Of a stretch of 64,000 nt of DNA, positions 1-9,928 are shown in pieces. Origin of the DNA: Rhodospirillaceae bacterium (GTDB lineage: Bacteria > Pseudomonadota > Alphaproteobacteria > Rhodospirillales > JABJKH01); NCBI GenBank assembly GCA_018660465.1, contig JABJKH010000091.1, forward strand, positions 7,789 to 71,788, read 5' to 3'. A program made the position numbers and the translations under genes. The stretch's first letter is position 1, and each line of letters starts with the position of its first letter. The notes under the pieces were generated by a model. That model did not search any database, was not told where the DNA came from, and saw only the letters and a program-made list of their open reading frames with translations.

Positions 1-298
1 GGAAGGGTTCGCCGCTTATGGTGTTTCCATCGACTTCGGCGGGCTTGAAAAAGGCGAAGGCTTGACCCTGCTGTCCCTTGCCCAGCATGTTCATGGCGAA
101 CGAGCCTGACTCCTTAACCGCCGCATAGGCACCTGAATCAGACTTAAGCCCAATGACGATGAGCGGTGGATCGAAGGATGTTTGCGTGACCCAGTTCACG
201 GTTGCCGCAGCAATTGACCCGTCAGAACTCTTGGCGGTAAGCACATAAATTCCATAAGGAATCATTCTTAACGCGGTCTTCTTTGCATCGGCATCCAT
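1..298 (-). CDS. flavin reductase family protein (N-terminal part only; 3' end lies outside the window)
   Basis: My own minus-strand translation from the ATG at 296-298 gives MDADAKKTALRMIPYGIYVLTAKSSDGSIAAATVNWVTQTSFDPPLIVIGLKSDSGAYAAVKESGSFAMNML..., which looks like a flavin-reductase-like FMN-binding domain. It is missing from the ORF track because it is open at the window edge. Confidence 0.65.
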   Translation of the reverse strand, partial: MDADAKKTALRMIPYGIYVLTAKSSDGSIAAATVNWVTQTSFDPPLIVIGLKSDSGAYAAVKESGSFAMNMLGKGQQGQAFAFFKPAEVDGNTISGEPF

Positions 299-402
299 AA
301 CAGGGTCCTCTCTTAAATTTTTGTGACTCCCCTGGCTGAGGAGCGTTCACACATTTGGTAGCCCATCTATGCGGACCTCACAACCTCCGCTGGGTCTGTG
401 GC

Positions 403-984
403 TTATTGCCTAAGTGCCGCCGGATGCCAGACCTGTCGATCTCGTGCTTTATCGCTGCAAGTGTCCAAGGCAAGCGACCGGGCAACGTTCTTGGACGGCA
501 GGCGGCGCCCACCAGGCGTAAGCTCTGAAGGTTCAGGACCAATTGTCAGACACATCTCAGGTGCGGCCGCCAATTGCAATCGTCCCTCGACATATTTCCA
601 CTGCCGCAGGGGATCACCGTCGCACGCCGCCAGGACAATTTTTGACATTTTGTCTTTTGAGTTAACACCAAGGCATAGATCGTACCGAGACATACGGAGG
701 TTGCCTTTGCCAAACGCGGCCAGATCAAAGCGTTCGTCAAAATTCCAGATCGTCCATTTGCAGGTGTGCACGACCAAGGACCGCTTAACATTGACTCGCG
801 CCTTGTGGCCAGGAATGTCGACACACAGACCGCGGGGTTCATCCAGCGGGGCCTTGATTTTGAGGAAGACTTCCATGCCTTTGCCGGTGTCAGGGGCTTG
901 GGCTGCAACAGGAAAGGCGGGAGCCACGACCGTAATAATTATCGCCCAAATCAATCCAATAAATTTTACACGCATTGTATTCAT
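403..984 (-). CDS. secreted hypothetical protein, possible ricin-B-type beta-trefoil lectin fold
   Basis: 193-aa ORF with a signal peptide (MNTMRVKFIGLIWAIIITVVAPAFPVAAQA). It has three QxW-like repeats (CKWTIW, LRQWKY, DRQVWH). The opposite-strand 201-aa ORF is Arg/Ser/Cys-rich and judged a shadow. Confidence 0.5.
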   Translation of the reverse strand: MNTMRVKFIGLIWAIIITVVAPAFPVAAQAPDTGKGMEVFLKIKAPLDEPRGLCVDIPGHKARVNVKRSLVVHTCKWTIWNFDERFDLAAFGKGNLRMSRYDLCLGVNSKDKMSKIVLAACDGDPLRQWKYVEGRLQLAAAPEMCLTIGPEPSELTPGGRRLPSKNVARSLALDTCSDKARDRQVWHPAALRQ

Positions 985-1014
985 CCAACATTTCGTTGAA
1001 TAAATTTATACGAC

Positions 1015-1638
1015 CTACTGTTTCGGTCGCCCACCCCTTTTCTTCCAATAACGATCATTAACGTATTTTTGGAAATGCTCGCCCTTTTCGTAGCCTTTGT
1101 TATGCACCCATTCAAAGAGGGCCAGGAAGGTTCCCTTGCCAAAGGCACCCGGCATGACCGCGACCGCTGCATCACCGCCACTTTTGCCCTTCGCCTTTTC
1201 AACGGATTCAGGCATGAACACGATGGTTGGTGTGAACATGGAGCGCCATTTCCGAGAAACTTTTCTTTCTGTCGTAACTTCTCCATCCAGGTCGGTGACT
1301 TCTTTATAGCCCCATAAATCTATCTGCAGGACTTCAAAATGTTTGCGGACGTAGGCGTTGATTCTTGGATCGACCAAAATTTCAGTTTGTACCTTTTTAC
1401 AATAGATACATCCCTTCTGTTCGATCAAGACGACCAGACGCTTGCCGTTATCCTTGGCTGTCTGCATGTCTTCTTTGATGTCTAGAAAACTCTCCAGAAA
1501 CCAAGAATGTCGATAGAGCCCGTCCTCGCCCAAAGTCGGTTGGGGTATTTCACTTGCTTCGGTCGGTAGAGGCATAATTGTAAAAATTGACGCGACAAAA
1601 AAAGCCGTTAAGACGCATTTCGATAAGTTTCTTTTCAT
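1015..1638 (-). CDS. secreted thioredoxin-fold protein (SoxW/thioredoxin-like, single CxxC)
   Basis: 207 aa with an N-terminal signal peptide. The CxxC motif sits in thioredoxin-like context (LVVLIEQKGCIYCKK ... FTPTIVF). Confidence 0.6.
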   Translation of the reverse strand: MKRNLSKCVLTAFFVASIFTIMPLPTEASEIPQPTLGEDGLYRHSWFLESFLDIKEDMQTAKDNGKRLVVLIEQKGCIYCKKVQTEILVDPRINAYVRKHFEVLQIDLWGYKEVTDLDGEVTTERKVSRKWRSMFTPTIVFMPESVEKAKGKSGGDAAVAVMPGAFGKGTFLALFEWVHNKGYEKGEHFQKYVNDRYWKKRGGRPKQ

Positions 1639-1830
1639 AATTGTTCTCTGTTTGGCGGAGTGGATCAGATCTCAATTTTACTTAAATAATTAGTACAATA
1701 TCAATGGTAAATATTACAATTTTCTAATAAATCTAGCCCCTAGTTTCGATTGGGGCTTCAAGTTGAATTTGCTCATCTTCTCATACTATTATGGGGCATG
1801 GGTTCCGATTTCTCGATCTAGGGGATATAG

Positions 1831-2301
1831 ATGATACGCGCCAAACGGCTACACCACGTGGTTCTAAACGTTTCAGACTTGGATGCATCGATAGAATTCT
1901 ATGAGAAGGTTCTGGGTCTCACGCTGGCTGCACGAAGTGAAGAACGCCGCTCGGCCTTCCTGAGCTTTGGCGACGAACACCACGATTTGGCCCTGTTCGA
2001 ACGCGCAACGGGCCCGTCTCCTGAAGATTCTCAACCGGGGCTGGTCCACATGGGCTGGAAATTAAACGACTATGACGAATTAAAAGCGGCCTACGAAGAA
2101 CTGCTGGAAATGGGCATGGATGTCTTCCGCACCATTCAGCACAACGTAACCAACAGCGTGTATCTCAAAGACCCGGACGGCATGGTGGTCGAACTGTTCT
2201 GCGACAGATTCGAAGATGGATTTGAAGTCATGAAGACCATGGGTCCCAAAAGCGACCATCTCGATATCATGACAGGTGAGGTCACGCCGGTAAGGAATTA
2301 A
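1831..2301 (+). CDS. VOC family protein (glyoxalase/bleomycin resistance/extradiol dioxygenase fold)
   Basis: 156 aa. N-terminus LHHVVLNVSDLDASIEFYEKVLGL plus later DPDGMVVEL is typical of the VOC fold. Confidence 0.8.
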   Translation: MIRAKRLHHVVLNVSDLDASIEFYEKVLGLTLAARSEERRSAFLSFGDEHHDLALFERATGPSPEDSQPGLVHMGWKLNDYDELKAAYEELLEMGMDVFRTIQHNVTNSVYLKDPDGMVVELFCDRFEDGFEVMKTMGPKSDHLDIMTGEVTPVRN

Positions 2302-2303
2302 AT

Positions 2304-2927
2304 TTAGCGCGGTTGGCCGTCGGTAAATTCCCGCTCCCAAATATCGCCTAAGGCCGAGTAGGAAAATCCATTCAATCTTCCGACGGGTTCCAACTTTTGC
2401 ATGTCGATGTAACCGCCCGTCATGCAGGCCGGATCAATATGAAAATAAACCACCTCGCCAATCACCAGCGGATGCTTATTCGGGCCCAATTCAATAACCT
2501 GATGGAACTTGCACTCGAAATGGATCGGGGCGTCTTTCACTCGCGGTGATTTGACTTTCTCACTGGGAATTGGGATGAGGCCGGTCGCGTCGAATTCGCT
2601 TTCTTCCTCTGGTATCCCGTTCGCTGAATCAACCATCTCCTTCCACTGGGGGGTGGTGACGATGTTAAAGCAAAAATCCCCGACTTCTTTAATGTTCTTC
2701 AAAGTGTGCTTTTCTGTTCCGTCTGGATTCCTGGCGATGGTGAGGGAAATCATCGGAGGGGCAACACAAACGACGGTGAAAAAACTAAACGGTGCAAGAT
2801 TAGTGATGCCTTGGCCATTAATCGTTGATGCCCAACCGATGGGTCGGGGAACGACTGAGCCGGTTAGCAGTCGGTAAATTTCCCGGCGTTCCATATCAGC
2901 CGGGTCCATCTGGATATATTCGGACAT
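2304..2927 (-). CDS. flavin reductase family protein
   Basis: 207 aa. IYRLLTGSVVPRPIGWASTINGQGITNLAPFSFF matches the flavin-reductase-like FMN-binding domain. Confidence 0.8.
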   Translation of the reverse strand: MSEYIQMDPADMERREIYRLLTGSVVPRPIGWASTINGQGITNLAPFSFFTVVCVAPPMISLTIARNPDGTEKHTLKNIKEVGDFCFNIVTTPQWKEMVDSANGIPEEESEFDATGLIPIPSEKVKSPRVKDAPIHFECKFHQVIELGPNKHPLVIGEVVYFHIDPACMTGGYIDMQKLEPVGRLNGFSYSALGDIWEREFTDGQPR

Positions 2928-3019
2928 TTGCGGGGGTCTCCTTCTTTTCGATCGCCCGAAGTTTGCCCACTGTTATATCAAGATGCAACAGCCGCTATTA
3001 GTTTTGGCTGGAGAGAATG

Positions 3020-3778
3020 CTAATAGAGGTATCTGGCGCCGATTGCGTAATCTTTGCGGGGGGAATGGTAGCTCGCGTGCAACGTCGTTCGATTATCGAC
3101 AATACAAAATTCGCCTGTGCCATCTGGTGCGTCCCAGGGTTGACGCAACATGATATCGCCCATTGCGCTCTCAAGATTTTCTGAGTCAAAAATTTCGTAT
3201 AAGGCCTTCCGGCCCTTTTCACGTACCGCGGCAGGGGATTCTTTAACCGATTGCAAATATGCGACAATGTTCGCAATCACCACGGTTGAGGTTCCTCTCG
3301 GCTTATGATGTATCGAATCTTTGGGGTCCCTGAAAAGACAGGTATACTGATTTTCATGATCCCTGCCTCGGTCAACGTGAAAACTTAAATGGGGAAAAAT
3401 ATTTCTTTGGCTCGCATCCTGCTCTCCGACAACGGCAGAGGCATTCCGAATTATTAAAGGGCCAAACGTTTCCGCTAATTTTCTAGGACCATCTTCTAGA
3501 ACGTACTGCTCATTAAACAAAAGAATCTGGGTCGGCTGTTTAAATTCACACGCCAGCCCAAAGTGTTCAAAATCGAAGGGTATATCTGCATTTTCGCAGA
3601 TTCGATTAAATTGGAAATCCTTACTCTTGCCGTAATGCGCTTCAATATTTTTTTTATAATAAGGAATTGCGACAGAGACTCGGAAAGAACATCCTTCAGA
3701 CCTTAAGTCTAAGGATGTTCTCGGATTTTGACGAAGTGTCTTGATATCCTTACTGGAAAGATTGAGTTGGAAAGACAT
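3020..3778 (-). CDS. hypothetical protein, possible non-haem Fe(II)/2-oxoglutarate oxygenase fold
   Basis: 252-aa ORF in a markedly AT-rich stretch. It has a candidate HxD...H triad (FHVDRG ... TLHASYH). I recognise no confident family. Confidence 0.45.
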   Translation of the reverse strand: MSFQLNLSSKDIKTLRQNPRTSLDLRSEGCSFRVSVAIPYYKKNIEAHYGKSKDFQFNRICENADIPFDFEHFGLACEFKQPTQILLFNEQYVLEDGPRKLAETFGPLIIRNASAVVGEQDASQRNIFPHLSFHVDRGRDHENQYTCLFRDPKDSIHHKPRGTSTVVIANIVAYLQSVKESPAAVREKGRKALYEIFDSENLESAMGDIMLRQPWDAPDGTGEFCIVDNRTTLHASYHSPRKDYAIGARYLY

Positions 3779-3878
3779 GAATAAATACCATAAAAAAATA
3801 AAACCACGCGTATTGGCATTGTATCCAAATTAACAACGACGTTCGATATAATTTTACCCTGCCCAAAAAAGGAATTTC

Positions 3879-4739
3879 ATGATTTTTAACAAACCTATTA
3901 TGGAAAAAGATCTGATCAAGCGAACCATTCCATCCACGGGTGAGAAAATTCCCGTCATTGGTCTTGGAACCTATAATTCGTTTGATTGCCGATTATCCTC
4001 AGAAAACCGCCGGGACTTAACCCAAGTGCTAGAATTATTTTTCCAGGCTGGGGGTACGGTAATTGACAGTTCCCCCATGTATGGCAAGGCAGAAGCCGTG
4101 GTTGGCGAATTGTTGCGAGGGATGAACGCACGCGACAAGGCGTGGTTGGCGACCAAGGTCTGGACCAGAGGCGAACGCAGAGGCATTGGGGAAATGGATG
4201 AGTCATATCGTTTGATGCACGCGGGTCCTCTCATGGAGTTGATGCAAATTCACAACCTTGTGGATTGGCAGACCCATTATCGGACGCTGCGGCAATGGAA
4301 GGACGATGGTAAAATTCGCTATATCGGCATCACCCATTACACATCTGGTTCGTTTGACGAAATGATGCAGATTTTAAAGACTCACCCGGATATCGATTTC
4401 GTGCAATTTCCTTATTCACTTGAAGACCGCGTGGCGGAAAATCGCTTGCTGCCATTTTGTCGGGACAATGGCGTGGCAACCCTGGCCAATCGCCCCATCG
4501 AGCAAGGGGCCTTGGTGCGCGGAAGCAAACGCCGAGACCTACCGCCCTGGGCGGCGGATTATCAGATTACGTCTTGGGCGCAATTTTTTATGAAGTATCT
4601 AATTGCACACCCGGACATGACTTGTATCATTCCCGCAACGTCAAACCCCGGTCACATGATTGATAATCTGAATGCGGGACGAGGTGACTTGCCAGATGAA
4701 ATCGTGCGCCGGAAAATGGTCGATTGGGTCGAAGGATAA
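3879..4739 (+). CDS. aldo/keto reductase
   Basis: 286 aa. IPVIGLGTY..., DSSPMYG, LATKVW and IRYIGITHY are AKR signatures. An aagga SD lies 8 nt upstream. Confidence 0.85.
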   Translation: MIFNKPIMEKDLIKRTIPSTGEKIPVIGLGTYNSFDCRLSSENRRDLTQVLELFFQAGGTVIDSSPMYGKAEAVVGELLRGMNARDKAWLATKVWTRGERRGIGEMDESYRLMHAGPLMELMQIHNLVDWQTHYRTLRQWKDDGKIRYIGITHYTSGSFDEMMQILKTHPDIDFVQFPYSLEDRVAENRLLPFCRDNGVATLANRPIEQGALVRGSKRRDLPPWAADYQITSWAQFFMKYLIAHPDMTCIIPATSNPGHMIDNLNAGRGDLPDEIVRRKMVDWVEG

Positions 4740-4745
4740 AACGCC

Positions 4746-5537
4746 ATGACAGAACCTGAAATTTTTGAAGTCTTTGCGGTTAAATACGCGACCCATGACC
4801 GCAACGCGGATATGAATTTTAAGGATCCGCCCGACATCCATGATGGCCCGATGCCGATTGATTATTTCGTCTGGCTGCTGCGATCAGACAAGCGCACGAT
4901 CGTCGTCGATACAGGCTTCACCAAGGAAACGGCGGAAGCCAGGGGTCGGACCTTCCTGCGTTGCCCGACAGAGGGATTGGCATTGCTTGGTGTAAATGCA
5001 TCAGAGGTTGAAGACGTCATCCTCACCCACATGCATTACGATCACGTTGGTAATTTTGATCTATTTCCCAACGCACGGCTGCACATTCAGGACAAAGAGA
5101 TGGCCTTCGCCACAGGCCGCAACATGCGCCATAGGCCATTCCGAAATTCAATGAACATCGAAGATGTCGTCGGTATGGTGCGCCAGATTTATGCGGACCG
5201 TGTTGATTTTCACGACGGTGACTTTGAGATGGCACCGGGGCTCACAGTCCATCTTGTCGGCGGCCATACAGCAGGGCTTCAGTTTATCCGGGTCTTCACC
5301 AAGCGCGGCTGGGTCGTCGTCGCATCGGACGCCTGCCACCTGTACGCCAACATGGAAAAGGTTAATCCGTTCCCCGTCATCTATCACCTCGATGAAATGT
5401 TGGAAGGCTATGAGACTTTAAAACGCCTCGCCGACAGCCCCGACCACATCGTCCCTGGCCACGACCCCTTGGTTATGGAACGCTACCCTGCCCCGTCGCC
5501 AGAATTGGAGGGGATCGTCATTCGGTTGGATGAATGA
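4746..5537 (+). CDS. MBL-fold metallo-hydrolase (N-acyl homoserine lactonase-like)
   Basis: 263 aa. HxHxDH motif (THMHYDHVGN), later GGHTAG and GHD. Confidence 0.8.
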   Translation: MTEPEIFEVFAVKYATHDRNADMNFKDPPDIHDGPMPIDYFVWLLRSDKRTIVVDTGFTKETAEARGRTFLRCPTEGLALLGVNASEVEDVILTHMHYDHVGNFDLFPNARLHIQDKEMAFATGRNMRHRPFRNSMNIEDVVGMVRQIYADRVDFHDGDFEMAPGLTVHLVGGHTAGLQFIRVFTKRGWVVVASDACHLYANMEKVNPFPVIYHLDEMLEGYETLKRLADSPDHIVPGHDPLVMERYPAPSPELEGIVIRLDE

Positions 5538-5543
5538 GTTGGC

Positions 5544-6410
5544 TTATTCCCCGTCGCGGATAAATTCATACATATGGGTGATATCTGATCCGGGACGCGC
5601 CTCATTGTGCTCGTCCCACATGTCACATACGAGCTGACCGATCCGACTTGGTGTTCCCGCAGATTTTGCATTTTCCAAATAGAGATTTATGTCTTTGGAT
5701 TGAAGCGCTGTCGCAAAGCCGGCATCGAACGTCTCGGTCATAATCCGCGCAGGGAATTTTTCTCTGATCGCTGAATTATAACCACTGGAAACACTGACCA
5801 CATCGACGATCGTTTTCATATCGACACCGGCGGAGAGGCCATAGAGGACAGCTTCAACGCTGGCTGCCAGCGCCGTACCCGAAAGAAAATTGTTGAGAAT
5901 TTTTACGGCTTGCCCTTGGCCCGCCAGTTCCCCAACGTGGAACGGGTTTTTTGCGAATCCCTTCAAGACATCCATGTGCGCATCAACAACATCTTTGGGC
6001 CCCGCCAACATAACGGCGATTGTTGCAGCGCGAGCACCTGCCTGCCCCCCACTAACAGGGGAATCGATGTAAACAAACCCAGCGTCGGCACAACGCTTCG
6101 CGGCTTCACGGGCCGCTTCCGGGCCAATGGTGGAGAGATCAATAATGACCCCCGCACGTCGATCAGAGGTGGCGATAACTTCATCGATAACAGATAAAGA
6201 GATCGGCCCATCGGGTACCGATAAGAATATCGTATCGGTGGCTTTCGCCACATCTGCGACGCTTGCGCCAAGTTGTGCGCCTTCGGGGGCAAGACCTTGG
6301 GTGCCGGCCTTGTCATAAACCGTCAGGGGAAATCCCGCGTTTATAATATTAGTCGCCATCGGCCCGCCCATTTGGCCGAGACCGACAAATCCGAATTGTT
6401 CTGGTTTCAT
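5544..6410 (-). CDS. NAD(P)-dependent oxidoreductase, 3-hydroxyisobutyrate dehydrogenase family
   Basis: 288 aa. Rossmann N-terminus FGFVGLGQMGGPMATN and a 6-PGDH-type NAD-binding domain layout. Confidence 0.85.
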   Translation of the reverse strand: MKPEQFGFVGLGQMGGPMATNIINAGFPLTVYDKAGTQGLAPEGAQLGASVADVAKATDTIFLSVPDGPISLSVIDEVIATSDRRAGVIIDLSTIGPEAAREAAKRCADAGFVYIDSPVSGGQAGARAATIAVMLAGPKDVVDAHMDVLKGFAKNPFHVGELAGQGQAVKILNNFLSGTALAASVEAVLYGLSAGVDMKTIVDVVSVSSGYNSAIREKFPARIMTETFDAGFATALQSKDINLYLENAKSAGTPSRIGQLVCDMWDEHNEARPGSDITHMYEFIRDGE

Positions 6411-6419
6411 GAGTTTTTC

Positions 6420-7652
6420 CTAAATAAATCCATCATCCCGCAGCTTCGTGCGTTCCGCGTCATCCATATCTAATAATTCCTCCAGCACCTCGTCAGTGTG
6501 CTGCCCCATAACAGGCGGTGCGTGGCGATAATTGACCGGGGTTCCCGATAGTTTGAGGGGACTGCCCAAAAGATCGACTTCGCCAGCTGAGACATGAGGA
6601 AGTTTTATGTGCATGTCCCGGTGCTGAATTTGGGGATTTGCGAAGACCTTATCGAGGGTATTGATCGGACCCGCAGGGACGTTCGCCTTTTCTAGCCCTT
6701 CCATCCACCAGTCGCTGGTCTGCGTCTTGGTCATTTCTTCAACCAACGGGGTCAGTTCATCCCGGTTCACAATTCGGTCTGAATTGGTTAGGAACCGGGG
6801 GTCAGTCCCCATTTCCGGCTTTCCACCCAATTCACAGAACCGCTGATATTGGCCATCATTACCAGCAGCAATAATGAAATACCCATCCTTGGACGGTACC
6901 ACCTGATAAGGGGCAACGTTGGAATGTGCGTTGCCGCGCCGGACCGGAGAGTTTCCTGAACCGAGATAATTAACCGCTTCATAGGTTAGGAACGCCACTT
7001 GAGAATCCAACAGCGCCAGATCGCAGCGCTGGCCTTCGCCGGTCATTTGTTTGTGATGCAGCGCCGCCAATATGGAAATCGTCGCGTTCATCCCAGTGAC
7101 GATATCGGCAACCGCCATGCCAGCTTTATACGGCATGCCGTCGACGGGACCTGTCAGGCTCATCAGTCCGCCCATACCTTGGGCCATGACGTCATAACCG
7201 GGCCGGGGCGCATAGGGACCATCTTGGCCAAAACCAGTGATTGAACAATAGATCAAACTTGGGAATTCGTCTTTCAGGTCGTCGTAGCTGAGATTGTACT
7301 TTGCCAGATTTCCAACCTTGAAATTCTCCGTCAGAATATCGCACTTTTTCAGCAACCGCTTGATCAGTGCTTGGCCTTCCGGTTTGGAGATATCAACCGT
7401 TACGGATCGCTTGTTGCGATTGGACGCGAGATAATAGGTGCTTTCGCCGGTGTCTTCGCCTTCAGGTGTCTTGGCGTAAGGAGGGCCCCATTTCCGGGTA
7501 TCATCACCCGCACTTGGACGTTCTATTTTAATGACATCTGCGCCAAGGTCACCCAAGTACTGCGTGCACGTCGGTCCCGCCAGGATGCGGGTTAAATCAA
7601 GAATTCGGATGCCGCTCAACGGTCCGGTTGGTTTGGTCTTCTGTTCAGTCAT
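6420..7652 (-). CDS. CaiB/BaiF family (class III) CoA-transferase
   Basis: 410 aa. GPLSGIRILDLTRILAGPTCTQYLGDLGADVIKIERP is the family III CoA-transferase N-terminus. Confidence 0.85.
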   Translation of the reverse strand: MTEQKTKPTGPLSGIRILDLTRILAGPTCTQYLGDLGADVIKIERPSAGDDTRKWGPPYAKTPEGEDTGESTYYLASNRNKRSVTVDISKPEGQALIKRLLKKCDILTENFKVGNLAKYNLSYDDLKDEFPSLIYCSITGFGQDGPYAPRPGYDVMAQGMGGLMSLTGPVDGMPYKAGMAVADIVTGMNATISILAALHHKQMTGEGQRCDLALLDSQVAFLTYEAVNYLGSGNSPVRRGNAHSNVAPYQVVPSKDGYFIIAAGNDGQYQRFCELGGKPEMGTDPRFLTNSDRIVNRDELTPLVEEMTKTQTSDWWMEGLEKANVPAGPINTLDKVFANPQIQHRDMHIKLPHVSAGEVDLLGSPLKLSGTPVNYRHAPPVMGQHTDEVLEELLDMDDAERTKLRDDGFI

Positions 7653-7706
7653 TTCTTTACCTTAGACCCTTGGGTCTGCCATTGTTATGGTCACAAATTA
7701 AATTAA

Positions 7707-8882
<1,176 letters not shown>

Positions 8883-8889
8883 CGACACA

Positions 8890-9312
8890 ATGTTGAGGGT
8901 CACGGAGTCAATTGTGCTGGCGGACGATGAACTTCAGGAGAAGTTTATCATCGCGACCGGCCCCGGCGGGCAAAACGTCAACAAGGTCGCGACCGCTGTG
9001 CAACTGCGGTTTGATGCGGCGAATTCCCCCAATCTGCCAAAGGCCGTGTATCGGCGGCTTTGTGTTGCGGCTGGGCGGCGGATGACCAATGACGGTGTTT
9101 TGGTTTTGATGGCGAGCAAATACCGTTCCCAGGATCGTAACCGTCAGGATGCCCGCGATCGGCTTGCAGAATTGATCCGCCAAGCGGCGGTCGTCCCCAA
9201 ACACCGGAGACCAACGAAGCCAACAAAGGGCTCCAAGCTGCGCCGTCTTGATTCCAAACGTAAACGCAGTATTCGGAAAACCCAAAGGGGAAAGGTTACC
9301 GATAATGATTAG
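8890..9312 (+). CDS. arfB: alternative ribosome-rescue factor ArfB (peptidyl-tRNA hydrolase, YaeJ family)
   Basis: 140 aa. GGQ motif (GPGGQNVNKVATAVQLRFD) and a basic C-terminal tail. Confidence 0.9.
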   Translation: MLRVTESIVLADDELQEKFIIATGPGGQNVNKVATAVQLRFDAANSPNLPKAVYRRLCVAAGRRMTNDGVLVLMASKYRSQDRNRQDARDRLAELIRQAAVVPKHRRPTKPTKGSKLRRLDSKRKRSIRKTQRGKVTDND

Positions 9313-9339
9313 GGGCTGATGACCACGAAATAGCGAGGA

Positions 9340-9804
9340 CTATTTCGCCACCATGCCTTTCTTGGCTAACTCCTCTTTTGCTTCCGCCGTCTTTTCCAGA
9401 GGATCCAAGCCCATACCCTTTAAGATATGATCGGACTTGGTAAATTGAATATTGTCATAGGGCACGACTTCTATCCGATTGCCCCAAGGGTCGCGAAAAT
9501 TCAACCGCTCACCAATAAGCTCAACACCCATATCGGCCAAGGTCTCCCGGATAGCACTTCGATCATCGACAACGAAACCGAAATGGCGTTTTACGTCGGG
9601 CTGATGATCCGGTTGAAGCGATAACTGCAAGAATTGATCACCCATATCAATGAAAGCCTGGGTCTCATTTCTTTTTCGGAGTTCGAAATCAAAGATATTT
9701 CCATAAAACGCTAAGGCTTCATCTAAATCGCCAACCTCCAAGACGACATGATTGATGCCCAGGGCCCGCGCTTTTGGTTTCGCGGCTATTTTATCCGATG
9801 ACAT
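9340..9804 (-). CDS. VOC family protein (glyoxalase-like)
   Basis: 154 aa. INHVVLEVGDLDEALAFYGNIFDF and DPWGNRIEV motifs. Confidence 0.75.
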   Translation of the reverse strand: MSSDKIAAKPKARALGINHVVLEVGDLDEALAFYGNIFDFELRKRNETQAFIDMGDQFLQLSLQPDHQPDVKRHFGFVVDDRSAIRETLADMGVELIGERLNFRDPWGNRIEVVPYDNIQFTKSDHILKGMGLDPLEKTAEAKEELAKKGMVAK

Positions 9805-9928
9805 TACTTCTCCCTTTACTTCGTTTTAAGCGCAATAATTCCATAAATTTATCATCACAGGCACGTAATTGGTATTGATTTCGAATTCAACTCGGCACAA
9901 TCTATACCCCGTTTAGGGGATAACCTAA

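Noticed and set aside
330-350. Short match (ctgaggagcg) to the inner arm of the 20085-20245 palindromic element
   Set aside because: It is only about 10 nt with no partner arm, which is compatible with chance.
398-1003. 201-aa plus-strand ORF overlapping the lectin-like gene
   Set aside because: It is rich in Arg, Ser, Cys and Pro and has no motif. It is exactly antisense to an ORF with a clean signal peptide, so I treat it as a shadow frame.
9326-9347. 8-bp hairpin (cgaaatag-cgagga-ctatttcg) between convergent arfB and the VOC gene as a terminator
   Set aside because: The stem is AT-rich and overlaps the VOC stop codon. No U-tract follows on either strand, so the evidence is too weak to call a terminator.
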